A DNA stretch of 64,000 nt from Fistulifera solaris (lineage: Eukaryota). The DNA lies in contig AP026148.1 of the NCBI GenBank assembly GCA_030295235.1, positions 620,001-684,000 on the forward strand. The letters are read 5' to 3'. A program made the position numbers and the translations under genes. This document shows positions 37,892 to 50,296 of this stretch, one piece after another. The first letter of the stretch is position 1; every line of letters starts with the position of its first letter. Below the pieces are notes generated by a model. It was not told the origin of the DNA and ran no database searches. It saw nothing but the letters and a program-made list of their open reading frames with translations.

Positions 37892-38586
37892 ATGACCGAA
37901 TACTCGTCTCCTACCCACAAACAGCCCAAATACAAATTGTTTTGGCGCAAAAGGATCGAACGGCAGCCAATCATAAGACGATCGATATCTCCAATATTCT
38001 TCCGACGTTCGAACATCCTTGTGCCGGACAGTTTCATTCGTCCTTCGCTACCACTTCGACATTCCACGAATCATCCTCCGATACATCCTTTTGGACGAAT
38101 GCTTTCGATGATAACGATGACGATGACATGAAGAGCTGTCGTCATTCTTCGTTGACTCCGTCGTTCATGTCTTCACCATCCTTCACTATTTCACGAAATG
38201 CCCTGAGTTCCATTCCACCACCACCACCACCACCGCTCGTCATGGAGCCATTACCGGATCACACATCGATCAGTCATGATGATGATGATGATGATGATGA
38301 TGATGGTGATTCCGAAGATCCGGAAGAATACGCGGAAGAGTTACAAGAACAAGAACTCATTGCGTTGGCCATGGAAATGAGTTTGCGAGAGTCATCGTCG
38401 TCGACGTCGTCGTCGTCGTCGTCGCCACCGAGGAGTCTTCCCGTAGTAATTATTTCGTCTCATGACGATGAAGACGAGCAATGGGCGCGATTGGAACAAG
38501 AGCTCTTGGAACGGAGCCTTGCAAGCGTCTTGTACCGATTTTATGAATCAATCAATCATCGACACAAACCGAGTATAAGTAAGTAA
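37892..38586 (+). CDS. Low-complexity protein with UIM-like motifs (probable frameshift ~38035)
   Basis: EQELIALAMEMSLRE and EQELLERSLAS; poly-P, poly-D and poly-S tracts. The start position is uncertain. Confidence 0.5.
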
Positions 38587-39600
38587 GTAAGTAAGTCATC
38601 ATAATACAAAAGTAGCTACGTTCCATATAATATAAAGTTAAATCATCAATCTCTTTAGTCGCTGATAAATCAGCTTTCGTTGTAAGTTCGTAACTGAGTC
38701 GTTGTCGTCGTCGTCGTCGTCGTTTATGCGTGCTGAGGACAGGAAACACTCTCTCTAGCTTGCTACGTGAGGTGCTGGTACCCGGTACTTTAGAGGTGCA
38801 TTTCATTGGATTGTTCTTTTACCCGTCGCATGATGTTGGCAACCAATCATCGCCAGTTAGTTAGGACTTTCCCTTCTTATTTTACAAAGAGTTCGCCATT
38901 ATTATTATTTCGTCAAAAACCAAGTCGTGTGTTCATTCCCATGGACCATGGACGGGTGTTCCTACTGTCTAGTAGTACGCGATACGCTACGCGACCCCCA
39001 AAAGATGGTTGATTGTCGGGAATCATAATAATACGAAGTATTGTAGGTATTATTATTGAAGACGCAATCTGATGATAATTAAAACAAACAACTCATCCGG
39101 ATGAAGAGATCGACTGTGTTTGTTTGGATGATACGGAATATTCATTCTCTTTTGTACCACGCCTTGACAGATCACAACATTACATATAATGAGAGCTCCT
39201 CCAATACTGTACATGTTGAATAGTTTGGATGAGGTTGTTGTTGCTTTTTTTTTGTTTTTGTTTTTGGAGGAAATGGATGATTGTGAATTGTGAGTGCTTC
39301 GTTTCGTAACACACGCACGAACGGCTACCGGTACCGATACGGTACTCTCGATTATCCTCTAAAGTGTAAGCACCCTTTCGTTACGATACTCGGTACGACA
39401 CATGTCAGAAAGAAACTGGAATGAATGATGTCAGTTGTCACCATTTTTTGTGTTTTCGTTCGGCTTATTGGATTGATTGTTTGGTTTGGTTTTGTTATAC
39501 TCCGTAATAACGAGAAAGACTTGGTGTCTCGATTATAAAAGGTATATATATAGCACACATTTCCATTCATTGAATCAATCAATCAATCAATCACACCAGA

Positions 39601-41187
39601 ATGAAGTTTCCTGCTGTTTTTACTCTATTTATCGGTTGCGCCGTTTGGCAAAAATATGCACAAGCCTTGGCAGCGCATCCATTCACGACGACGACGACGA
39701 AGACGGCCGAACATTTGCCATTGGCACAACAAGCTATGGAATATATCAATCAAAGTACGGACCCGTTTCATGCCGTACAAACATCCATTCGTACCTTGCA
39801 ACAAGCCGGTTTTGTCGAACTCGAGGAAACCGCTGCGCCTATGTTGAAAATACAACCGGGCGGAAAGTATTACATGACACGGAATCGATCAACGCTCGTG
39901 GCTTTTGCCGTCGGACAGCAGTACCACGCCCAAGCCGGATTTCAAATCATCGGAGGACATACCGATAGTCCTAATTTACGAGTCAAGGCCCGGAGTAAAC
40001 GCACCGCAAATGGATGTATACAACTCGGTGTCGAATGTTACGGTGGTGGTTTGTGGCACACGTGGTTTGATCGAGATTTGGGATTGTCGGGACGTGTGTT
40101 GGTGCGCCAATCCGATGACAGCATTGCACAACAACTGGTACAAATCGATCGCGCGTTGTTGCGTATTTCCAATTTGGCCATTCATTTGCAAACGGCCAAA
40201 GAGAGAGAAGCATTTGCGTTCAATAAAGAAGATCATTTGTCACCCATCTTGGCCATGGAAGTCAAAAAGGCATTGACCGGAACAACCGAAAAAACACAAG
40301 AAGAAGAAGAAGAAGACAATCATAAAAAAGATGGTTGGACGGAACATCAAGAACCTGCTTTATTGCAAATACTGGCCCACGAATTGCAAGTCGAAACATC
40401 CCAAATTGTGGATTTCGAATTGTGTTTGTTTGATACACAAAAAGCCGCACTCGGTGGAGCCTATTCGGAATTTCTTCACGGCGGTCGATTGGACAATTTG
40501 GCCAGTTGTTTCATGGCCGTGCAGGCGTTGGTAAACCATGTACAAGGAAAGAAACTCGATGAGGCATCGGGCATTGCCATGATTGTCTTGTACGATCATG
40601 AAGAAGTGGGCAGCGGTTCGGCCGTCGGCGCGGCATCTCCGATCATGACAGAAACCATCCGCCGCATCACTACAGCACTCAATGATCAACGACAAGATTT
40701 GGAATTATACAATCAAGTCATTTCTCGGTCGTTTTGTTTGAGTGCTGATCAAGCGCACGCAATCCATCCAAATTACGCGGGCAAACACGAAAAGCTCCAT
40801 CAGCCGGCCATGAACGCGGGTATGGTCATTAAACGCAATACCAATCAACGCTACGCAACGACGGTACTGACGGGAGTTCTCATGCGGGAAGTGGCTCGTC
40901 GTGCGCAATTGCCACCACTTCAAGAATTCATGATACGACAAGATTGTGGATGTGGGAGTACTATCGGGCCACTCATCAGTGAAAGGACTGGAATGCGGAC
41001 GATCGATATGGGATGTCCGCAATTATCGATGCACAGTATTCGGGAAACCATGGGAGTTTGTGACTTGACGAATGGATTGAATCTATTTCAAGCATTTTTG
41101 AACACTTTCCGCAGGTCGATGCATCCGTGGGGAAATAGTTGCGAGAACAAAATAAAAAGTAAAATAGCTAACAAAACGCTACTCTAG
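39601..41187 (+). CDS. DNPEP: Aspartyl aminopeptidase (peptidase M18)
   Basis: GHTDSP, YGGGLWHTWFDRDL, RLDNL, YDHEEVGS, SADQAHAIHPNY, NQRYAT, GCGSTIGP, QLSMHSIRE. The true stop is probably ~41138 after an indel. Confidence 0.95.
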   Translation: MKFPAVFTLFIGCAVWQKYAQALAAHPFTTTTTKTAEHLPLAQQAMEYINQSTDPFHAVQTSIRTLQQAGFVELEETAAPMLKIQPGGKYYMTRNRSTLVAFAVGQQYHAQAGFQIIGGHTDSPNLRVKARSKRTANGCIQLGVECYGGGLWHTWFDRDLGLSGRVLVRQSDDSIAQQLVQIDRALLRISNLAIHLQTAKEREAFAFNKEDHLSPILAMEVKKALTGTTEKTQEEEEEDNHKKDGWTEHQEPALLQILAHELQVETSQIVDFELCLFDTQKAALGGAYSEFLHGGRLDNLASCFMAVQALVNHVQGKKLDEASGIAMIVLYDHEEVGSGSAVGAASPIMTETIRRITTALNDQRQDLELYNQVISRSFCLSADQAHAIHPNYAGKHEKLHQPAMNAGMVIKRNTNQRYATTVLTGVLMREVARRAQLPPLQEFMIRQDCGCGSTIGPLISERTGMRTIDMGCPQLSMHSIRETMGVCDLTNGLNLFQAFLNTFRRSMHPWGNSCENKIKSKIANKTLL

Positions 41188-41331
41188 GCTATAGTTGGTT
41201 TGTAACAAAATCTAAATCCACTTTTTCTTCCATGTATTTCGCTAAATTCTATTTTGAAAGGGCCACATTTTCATCCACGTCATTGCGTCTTTTCGCCACC
41301 TATCCGCTTCGATCCCCGAATGTAGCATACC

Positions 41332-42749
41332 TTACTCCAGCACTTTGGACTGTATCATGTTCCACATCCAACACAAGACCAATCCCAATACCATCCATGT
41401 CTGCCAATCTTTCATCCCTTGTGCCGGATCATGCGCGAATACAAACGGCCAGGGACACCGTTTCGTGGTCATTGTACTATTATCCGACTTTGATTTCGTT
41501 TTGAGAAAGGGACACTCGTCCGATGCCGCTACTTCTGGAACAGCCGCCTGCGACGCATACGCCAAGGCATCTTCCAACGGTCGTACGGTCGCTCCTGGAA
41601 CATTCGCTTGGACATCGAGTTCTTCAAACAATCGCATATTGAGACAAAATGCGACATTGGCTTCCGCCACGATGCGCTGAATTTGTTCTTCCGTTAAAAG
41701 TAAAGCATCCAGTGCTTGTCGATAATGATCCTTGAACAATTTCATGGAGGGAATGTGTTCGAAATGATAAAATTCCAATCCATCGTTACTCTTGGAGAGA
41801 GATAAGGCCCGCCGCGCCACCCGTGCCAGGACTTTGCCACCGCTCAAATCTCCCAAGTATCGTGTATACGCATGCGCCAACAACAACAAGGGATCGGTTT
41901 GAGCCACGTGATACAGACGATTGATATAATCTTGGGTCGCGGGCGTCAAAGGTGGTACTTTGGCGCCCCACCAAAAGTCGACATCTTGTTTTAAGGTTTC
42001 AGTTCGTCGCAATTGGTGGGGAAAATGACATGAAGCAAACTGTTGGGGAGCGTATTGATCCAAGCACTGCTCGAGTGCCACATACACATGATACAACATG
42101 CCCACCATGGAGGCATAGAGATCCCGATCAATCTTGCCTTGAATAAAGTTCTTGACAAAATGAACATTTTCGGCCGCTTGGTGTGAACGGGCTGTTCCGG
42201 TTTTCAGTGATTCCGATAACGAGTGTTGCTGTTGTTGTTTTTGTTGTTGTTGTTGTTGTTGTGGAGTTGTCGTATTTGTAGGAGTCTCAACGATGACAGA
42301 GGCATCGATGATGCGCGTATTTTCCTCGTGTTCCTCGAGTGTCTCTTCATCATCCTCGGCGGATTCCATCAAATTCGCCATAATAGCGGCTAATGACATT
42401 TGTTCTAAAGCTTCGCGAAATGACACTCCCGTTACGGGTCGGGCAATCGGACATCCTCCCGGTACTGATAATTCCGAAGCATTGCGTTGATGCATATCTT
42501 GCAACAATTGTAAAAGGAATTGTTTTGCAAATGCGATACGGGCATTTGTTGCAACGTACGCTTGATTTGTTGCGCGTCTTTGGCATCTTTGAACGGACAC
42601 GTGCCTTGTGCAAAAACGGGACATTGTTGCCAGTCATCCTGTCGCGGTAACGTTGCGTACGGGCAAGTGGAGGAGGAAGAGGAGGAAGATTCTGTCGTAG
42701 TATTAGTATTAGTTGTAGTATTCGTTGTAGTTGTAGTTGTAGAGCTCAT
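41332..42749 (-). CDS. Heme oxygenase with CP-rich N-terminal extension and C-terminal membrane anchor (frameshift ~42520)
   Basis: LKTGTARSHQAAEN, VYVALE, AHAYTRYLGDLSGG, FKDHYR, EANVAF.LN; ATG 42749 (MSSTTT). Confidence 0.9.
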
Positions 42750-43315
42750 ATTGTTGTGTTGTGTTGTGTTGCGCTTTGCGCGGCAGTCAAATCCAGAGCA
42801 ATCAATCAATTCCCTAGTTAAAAAAGGAAAGACCAGAGTTTTGAACAAAAGAGAAACTACAAAATGCTACAACAACTATACAATACGACGAAATAATAAA
42901 GAACAAGAATGTCACTCTTTATAACGCGCTACGGTATGTCGTCGTCAATAAAAAAAAACGCCACATCGCGCAAAAGAAGCAATCGTGGCTGGACGGGCGA
43001 CGCACGCGCCAGCGGACGCCGGACACGCCACGCACGCGCGAAGGAATGCCTGATTTACTGAGTCACGAACATGACGACAGAAACGGTGTCAACGGCAATA
43101 AGAAGCTCTTGAAAAAATAAAAACAATTTACAGTAAGATCATCGCATGGACCGCAATTAATACTACGGTAATAACCATACAAGTACCTGGTAAACCGAAT
43201 AGAATCATTCATATCAAGGGCAAAAGAAAGATCAAACCAAAAGGCTCATTCCCTTCGAATGCTCTTCCTTCTTCGATTCAAAAATAGAATTCATCTTCTT
43301 ATTACGCTTACAAGC

Positions 43316-44430
43316 ATGACGACAATTCTCTCGGCCACCAAAACGACCACGTTTCTACGCTACGCTCCTCGGACCATCACCGCCCGTCGCACACTTCTTT
43401 CGTGGTTTCGGGGTGGTGGTGGTGGTGGGAACGACAATAGTAATAAATTAGAAATGGACGATGATTTTGGGCCCCTGAAAGCCAAGGATATAGCGAAAGA
43501 ACGTTCGTTTAACAAATTGTTGTGGAATCAACATCCCGTATCGGTTAGTGCCGTCTGTGGTTATCGTAGTTAGTGAGTATCGACGCGAAGGAGAACGACT
43601 GTATGTATACAGGACAGTAATAATATCATCTCATCTCTCACACCTGCCTAATACACAGCATGGAAGACGATTTTGTCATTACTCACGATTTATGTGGTGT
43701 CTTTGATGGACACGGAGGACGTCAAGTCAGTGCGTATTTGGCGCACAATTTGCCCGCCGAATTGCAAGCCTCTCAAAACAACAACAACATCAACAATAAT
43801 ACGAATCATACATTACAAGATCATGAACACGCTCTACGAACCGCACTGCAACAAATTGACGAAAAAGTCTTGCAAATCCGACATTGGAGTTATCAAGGAA
43901 GTACCGCCGTTGTCTTGTATTACACCCCACAGGGCATCCTCGTGGCAAACGTCGGAGATAGTCGGGCCGTCTTGTCTCATCAAACCCGTGCTTTACCCTT
44001 GACGACAGATCACAAACCGAACGATCCGCACGAATGGTCCCGGATTGAAGCCATGGGAGGGACGGTCGAGTTTGATGGTTATGTGGATCCACAGGGTGTT
44101 CCCTTTGGTTGTTATCGCGTCAACGGAAATCTCGCCATGTCCCGAGCGATTGGAGATCGAAGTGAACGCCCCATGGTCACGGCGGAACCGGATATTTGTT
44201 TCTTTGCATTGACGTCCGAGTGTGAGTTTGTGGTATTGGCGACAGATGGATTGTGGGATGTCATGGACAATGAAGAAGTCGTGCAGTACATTCATAAATA
44301 TGGGCAGCGAGAAGAAGTGGCGAGTTGGTTGGTAGAAGAAGCCTTACGGAGAGGATCGTTGGACAATATTACGGTTGTGATTGTGTGGTTTCAGCATGCG
44401 TCACAGGCGAAAGCGGAAGAAGACTTTTGA
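43316..44430 (+). CDS. Protein phosphatase 2C; intron 43573-43658
   Basis: GYRSY|MED, GVFDGHGG, GSTA, VANVGDSRAV, DHKP, LAMSRAIGD, LATDGLWD, GSLDNITV; mitochondrial-like presequence. Confidence 0.95.
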
Positions 44431-45060
44431 AGACATTTGACGCGCGATGGCAGCTGAATTCCATGAAGATTGTAAGAGTTGCAACGAAAGTGGTCCACTT
44501 TGAATAAGGATTTATGATTTTTGATGGATCCAGTTTGAATTGCATCCCATGATCAGAACAGGGTGATGCAAGTGCCAAAAAACGACAAAATCCCCTAAAT
44601 CGATGGGACTGATTCTTTCGCGATTCGCGACTGGACCTAACGATTTCCCGACGGACAGACGGTTCTCATTTCTTTTGTGGCGGGAAGCAGTCGTGTTGGG
44701 ACGTTGGGTCGATGATCGATGAGGTGGTTGACAATATCACTTGGAGTGTAAAGGGTCATTTTGCTCATTCAATGACCCAAAAGTCCAGGGGCTATTCTCC
44801 ACTTCGCTGCATGTCCATGGTTGGCGAACCGTTGACTGTAGAAGAATAGGTAGAAACGAGTACCAGGGGTCTATCCCAACACGCGTCATCTCGGCGTTTG
44901 GCCTTTTCTTATTCTGTTTGTGATGCCACTCTCATTTTGTTGCCAAACAACGAAACATTAACATCTTCAAGTCGAGCCTTTGGTCCAAGCTATCCATAAC
45001 AACGAATCCACTTTCATCTTTTAGCTTTCTATTCTTTACTCAGTATAAGAAAGAATCACA

Positions 45061-46034
45061 ATGGCTGACTGGATGTTTTACATGAAAAAGAACAAGGAGA
45101 AGGAAGCCGTCAAGGCCAAGGAACGTGAAGAGAAGGAAAAACTCAAGGATGTGCTGATTACTGGCACGGCCGAAACCGAGATCCGCAAGGCTCAGTTTGA
45201 ACGAGTAAGTCACACATCCTTGTTGGTTTGTTATCTGGCAATCTCGTAGAAAATGAGATTGCAATAGTCGTTTTTGTGACAGGATGATGTCGTCGTGTCA
45301 GACCTATTGTCACTATGTTCAAACGACAACATCTCACTGGCTCATCCCTTCCACCCATTCCTTCCTTCATCCACATCAAACTATCTTTTCTTTTGTCTTC
45401 TCGTCTACCTAGGAAAAGAATTGGGCCGCCACCGGTCGTGAAACCAAATCCAACTTGAAGGATGTCCTTATTACGGGCACGGCCGAAACCGAAATTCGAA
45501 AAGCTCAATTTGACCGAGTACGTCGTTGCTTCTTATGATTGTTTCTCGTGGGCAGAATCTTGTCGCCTTTGTGTGTCAGACAGCGTTGTATGGAATTCAA
45601 GATTTTCGTCATGTTGTGATGTCAGTCAGTCTGTTTGACCCAACGAAAATCTCATTTTTTTCTCTTTTCTTTTTTCCCTGTTTTGTTTCCTTTCTCTATT
45701 GTATTACCTATAACTACCAATATTCTTGATTTATAGGAAAAGAACTGGGCCGCCACGGGACGTGAAACGAAATCAAGTTTGAAGGATGTCAACATGGCCA
45801 CGGCCGTGATTGAAACGGAAATTCGTAAAGAACAACACAAACGGTACGTGCTATATGGAAAGGAAAGAAGGAAGGAAGGAAGGAATGTTGTCGCTCACAC
45901 GAGTGTTGTGTCTCTTTGTGTTCTTTGTGGCGCTTCTTACAACACATACACAGTGAACAAGAGTGGAAACAAACATCCCGAGAGACCATCAAAAGAATGA
46001 AGATGTCAACATGGCCAAGGCCGCATTTGGTTAA
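45061..46034 (+). CDS. Small 4-exon tandem-repeat protein (~146 aa; 35-aa repeat, one per exon)
   Basis: Exons 45061-45204, 45413-45517, 45737-45843, 45954-46034 with canonical GT-AG sites in phase. Repeat EKNWAATGRETKSxLKDV...ETEIRKxQ..R. One missing G ~46002 is needed to reach KDVNMAKAAFG*. Confidence 0.8.
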
Positions 46035-46603
46035 AATGTTTATCTGCATTATAGAATCAATTCAATCAAGATGACAAGTTCCTTACGGAGTCTTTTTTTT
46101 GTCAGTGGCGGTGGGAATCATCCATGTGCGACTTGGAAAAAAACAAGGAATTAATTTTTCATTATTATTAGAGAAAGCAACAACAACAACAATTGAAAGA
46201 ATTTGCGTACGATTATTCCTAAATTCATTTTACTCGTTGTAGATGCTGTTGCTGTGTAACGTCATATGCCTTTATTGGAAGACCTCTAGACGACGACTCG
46301 AGCTTTTTATAGAGTAGCTATAACGATTGAGAGTTGCTTTGCAGAATAGTTTTTGCCTTCCTTCTTTGACATACCGGTATTGATTTCATAGGCGAAGTGT
46401 CGTACCGTACTACTCCAAGGATACTCTTTCTCCAAGATCGCAAAGAGCGGCAGAAGGATTCGGACAACCTCGAGAAGGAGAAGAATAAAATAAAGCAAAA
46501 CAACAATCAAGGAGATCTTCTTATTGTTATTGTCATTCTATTATCCTCTATCCTTCTCTAAATATTCGTATTAAAGTCAATCAATCAACACACACAAAGA
46601 GAA

Positions 46604-46799
46604 ATGAAATTTCGTTCGTCGCTCGTACAACGCGTGTTTACAGTGACACAACAAACACGCTCTCTTTCTGCTTCCGCCAAAGTGTGGGTCAACAAAGACA
46701 CGCGGGTGATTTGTCAAGGATTTACCGGAAAACAGGTTTGTTTTGTCGTTTCTTCTTTGAACGAAAGAATAGTCTATCTGTGCCCTTACTCATGTACTT

Positions 46800-46866
<67 letters not shown>

Positions 46867-47716
46867 TAGAACATTTCATTCGACACAAGCAATCGAATAT
46901 GGCACCAACATGGTCGGAGGTGTGACACCCAACAAAGGCGGAACCGAACATTTGGGTTTACCCGTCTTCAATACAGTCCAAGAAGCCAAAGATAGCGTCC
47001 AACCCGATGCCTCCGTCATTTATGTTCCTCCGCCGTTCGCGGCACAAGCCATTTTGGATGCCATTGCCGCGGAAATTCCGCTCGTGGTCTGTATTACTGA
47101 AGGGATTCCTCAACAAGACATGGCCCGCGTCAAACACGCCTTGAAACAACAGAGTGTGACCCGACTCATTGGACCCAATTGTCCCGGTATTATCAAACCC
47201 GGCGAATGCAAAATTGGCATCATGCCCGGATACATTCATACGCCGGGAAAAATTGGCGTTGTTAGTCGATCGGGGACGTTGACCTACGAGGCCGTGTGGC
47301 AAACGACCGTGGCTGGTTTGGGACAAAGTACCTGTGTCGGTATTGGTGGTGATCCCTTCAATGGAACCAATTTCATTGATTGTTTAGAACGTTTCACGAA
47401 CGACCCCGAAACAGAAGGAATCATTATGATTGGTGAAATTGGTGGTTCGGCCGAAGAAGAAGCCGCCGAATGGCTCAAGGAATATGGTGATCCGAAGAAA
47501 CCTGTGGTAGGCTTTATTGCGGGCATGACGGCACCACCAGGACGTCGAATGGGACACGCGGGTGCCATTATTGCTGGTGGGAAAGGAGGAGCGGCCGAGA
47601 AATTTGCCGCTCTCGAGGCGGCCGGTGTCCACGTAAGTCGTTCTCCGGCACGACTTGGTGTCACCATGTTGGAAGCCATGGGATTGGAAGTGCCCGAAAC
47701 CAACGTGGCGTCGTAA
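46604..47716 (+). CDS. SUCLG1: Succinyl-CoA ligase alpha subunit, mitochondrial; intron ~46736-46869
   Basis: [63 protein letters not shown]. Confidence 0.97.
46803..46862 (+). repeat. (TC)30 microsatellite in SUCLG1 intron
   Basis: Perfect TC run directly upstream of the 3' splice site. Confidence 0.95.
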
Positions 47717-47827
47717 ATGAATGAGAGCGTAATACGACGTGTAGTCCACTGCCCGTAGAGTTCGTACAGAGTCTTTGTGTTTCGTTCGGAATGTGTATTT
47801 AGTCTTTACTTTGTTACAGTGTTGGAG

Positions 47828-48799
47828 TTACAATTCATCCTCCTCTTCATCGTCATCATCATCACTGAACAAATCACGTTCCGGAAAATCTCCAACTTCC
47901 ACATTCTTTCCACGACAATAAACACCATATTTGTCATGACATGTAAAATAACGTTGACCGGTCTTGACAAACGTGCCATCATTTTGTCCAACGGGTTCAT
48001 CGAGGATGATACCGACCCAATAATCGTTTTCTTTCTGGCTTCCGACCCACGCCACTTGTCCTCGACGTTGTCCAGGTGTTACTTGACAGCGTGCTCCTAC
48101 GACACAATGTTCTACCGATTGAGCATCGTAAGTATCATCATTCTTCCTCGTAGGAATGGCTTCCACGACCCCTTCCGGAGTGACACGAAATCCGGCCGGC
48201 AACGGTTGTCCCCAACGATACGCTTGTTTCGCTTGTTGCAATGCTGCATGCTGTTGTGCATGCCCTGACAATGTAAATTGGGGATTTTGTTGCAATTGTT
48301 GTTGTTTCCAATGATACAAAGTTCCTTGACGCTCTTTGTACGCAGCATCACTCATTTGATATTTTTTCACCAAGGCCGTATTTTCCAAAGCACCATGTGC
48401 CGAAATCGAATACGGATTTGTATCAATGCAATGCAATCGAATAGTAGTAGTAGTAGTAGTAGTACTAGATGATACAGCGGTAGGTGACAAAAAATAACCC
48501 AATGGTCGTTGCGCATCCATGTGATGATACGCTGGCAATGTTGTAACAGCTTCTCCCGGTACATGCAATTGCAACATTATATCATCCACCAAACTTCCCG
48601 TTTTCTGATGAATCACATGATATACTTCTTGGAGACACATCGAACGAAAGAAACGGATTTCCAAATGCTGTTGTTGTAAATTGGAATACGATACATTGAC
48701 CAACACGATATCGTGCGGCAGGGCACGATGGTGGGGAGCCGTCACGTAATTGCGCAACGCCGTTTGCATTTGTGAAGTATTGTACGAATTCAATGTCAT
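47828..48799 (-). CDS. TBCB: Tubulin-folding cofactor B (Ubl + CAP-Gly)
   Basis: LHCIDTNP, KYQMSDAAYKERQGT, VGARCQV, RRGQVAWVG, WVGIILDEPVGQNDG, RYFTC, VEVGDFPE. Confidence 0.9.
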   Translation of the reverse strand: MTLNSYNTSQMQTALRNYVTAPHHRALPHDIVLVNVSYSNLQQQHLEIRFFRSMCLQEVYHVIHQKTGSLVDDIMLQLHVPGEAVTTLPAYHHMDAQRPLGYFLSPTAVSSSTTTTTTTIRLHCIDTNPYSISAHGALENTALVKKYQMSDAAYKERQGTLYHWKQQQLQQNPQFTLSGHAQQHAALQQAKQAYRWGQPLPAGFRVTPEGVVEAIPTRKNDDTYDAQSVEHCVVGARCQVTPGQRRGQVAWVGSQKENDYWVGIILDEPVGQNDGTFVKTGQRYFTCHDKYGVYCRGKNVEVGDFPERDLFSDDDDDEEEDEL

Positions 48800-49158
48800 T
48801 CTTTATTATTTGAGTAAGTAGAGCAATGATATCAATAATGAAATACTGTAAATCAATAACAATAAATATTATCGATGACGACAGTGATAAGGATAAGGAT
48901 GCTGCAATGCGATGAAACATAAAAATAACACGGAGTAATGAAGACCAAACAAGTGTGGGGACGCCACTAGAGCACGACTGCATTTCAATCACTATAGAAG
49001 TACGGAGGCATTACCGCACTCATAATATATACTTGTACGTACATCTATAAGAGAATCATTTCTGATTATAATATATATATATATGAATTCATCCAATAGA
49101 TCATTTACGATTACACAATTCATTCGTAATGACTCGCAACCCCATTCATTCACTCTTT

Positions 49159-50296
49159 TTACTGCGACGCACTCGTCACCGGCTGACAATATTCGGCAAT
49201 GGTCGACATGTCAATGACGGAACGCTTCGCCCCGGATGTGCCATTCATCATGGCATGAAAGTGTGCATTGGCATCCTTGGCGGGAATCACCTCGTATTGC
49301 GGTACTACCTGATGTTCGGCACAAAAGTCCAACATTTCTTGCGTCTCTTGAGTACCACCAATCAACGAACCTTCCACGGAATGGCGACTGAAAATGAGAG
49401 GAAAGGCGCCAACTTCCATGGGTTTCGCGACCGCACCCAACAACACGTAGTTCCCACCCACTTTGAGTGTATTCATCAAGGGAGCGATGGCATGCGGTGC
49501 CGAGACGGTATCGAGAATGAGATCCAGGGAGCGCACGGCCTGTTCCATGGCGGATTCATCGGAATGGACCAATAATTCCGCACCGAGAGCTGCGGCGTCC
49601 ACCTTTTGCTGTCGTTGCGAGAAAAGACGACAATGCGATCGACTTTCATTGCCTTGGCCAGTTTGACCGCCATTTGACCCAATCCACCGAATCCAACCAC
49701 TCCCACAGTCTTACCGGCACCACCGCCTTTTTGTAAAATGTGACGATTCAAGGGAGAGAACGTAGTGATACCGGCACACAAGAGTACACCCGCGTATTCC
49801 ATTTTCATGCTCGAAGGAATGTGGAATACAAAGTGCTCATTGACGGTAATGGCGCTCGAGTAACCTCCGTTCGTGTGATAACCCACCGCCTTTTGATAGT
49901 TTTTCTCCCTGTCCTTCGGGGGAAGGCACTACCGTACGTTTGAATCATTTTCGGACAGTGCTGTTCTAATCCCTGTTGACAGAGATCACACTCACGGCAC
50001 GAGCTGACCATGCAGCCGACTCCGACTTTGTCTCCGACCTTAAATTGCGTCACTTGTTCACCAACTTGACGGACAACTCCGGCGATTTCGTGACCGGGAG
50101 CAATGGGCCACGAATCAATGCCCCAATCACCATTACAGGCGTGACAATCGGAATGACACATCCCGCAAAAAAGAATATCAATGGCCACATCGTGAGGACC
50201 AGGTGCGGGTCGTCCGATGGTATGCGGCTGGAGTTGGGCTTCCTTGTCGAACGCCGCTAACGCGTAGACGTCGTTGCCGTTTTTGATAGTTGCCAT
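49159..50296 (-). CDS. Zn-dependent alcohol dehydrogenase, cinnamyl-alcohol dehydrogenase family; frameshifts ~49900 and ~49605
   Basis: CGMCHSD, PGHEIAG, GDKVGVG, CRECDLC...C, GGYS, LLCAGITTFSPL, VVGFGGLG, GSLIGG..ETQEMLDFC. Confidence 0.92.

Noticed and set aside
45140..45845. Regularly spaced direct repeats resembling a CRISPR-like or mobile array
   Set aside because: The repeats are bounded by GT-AG splice sites and vary at synonymous positions; they are duplicated exons.
46736..46869. Apparent poly-SL insertion in succinyl-CoA ligase
   Set aside because: It is an intron containing (TC)30 that happens to read through; the conserved KQGTFHS needs two G's that were probably lost at the acceptor.
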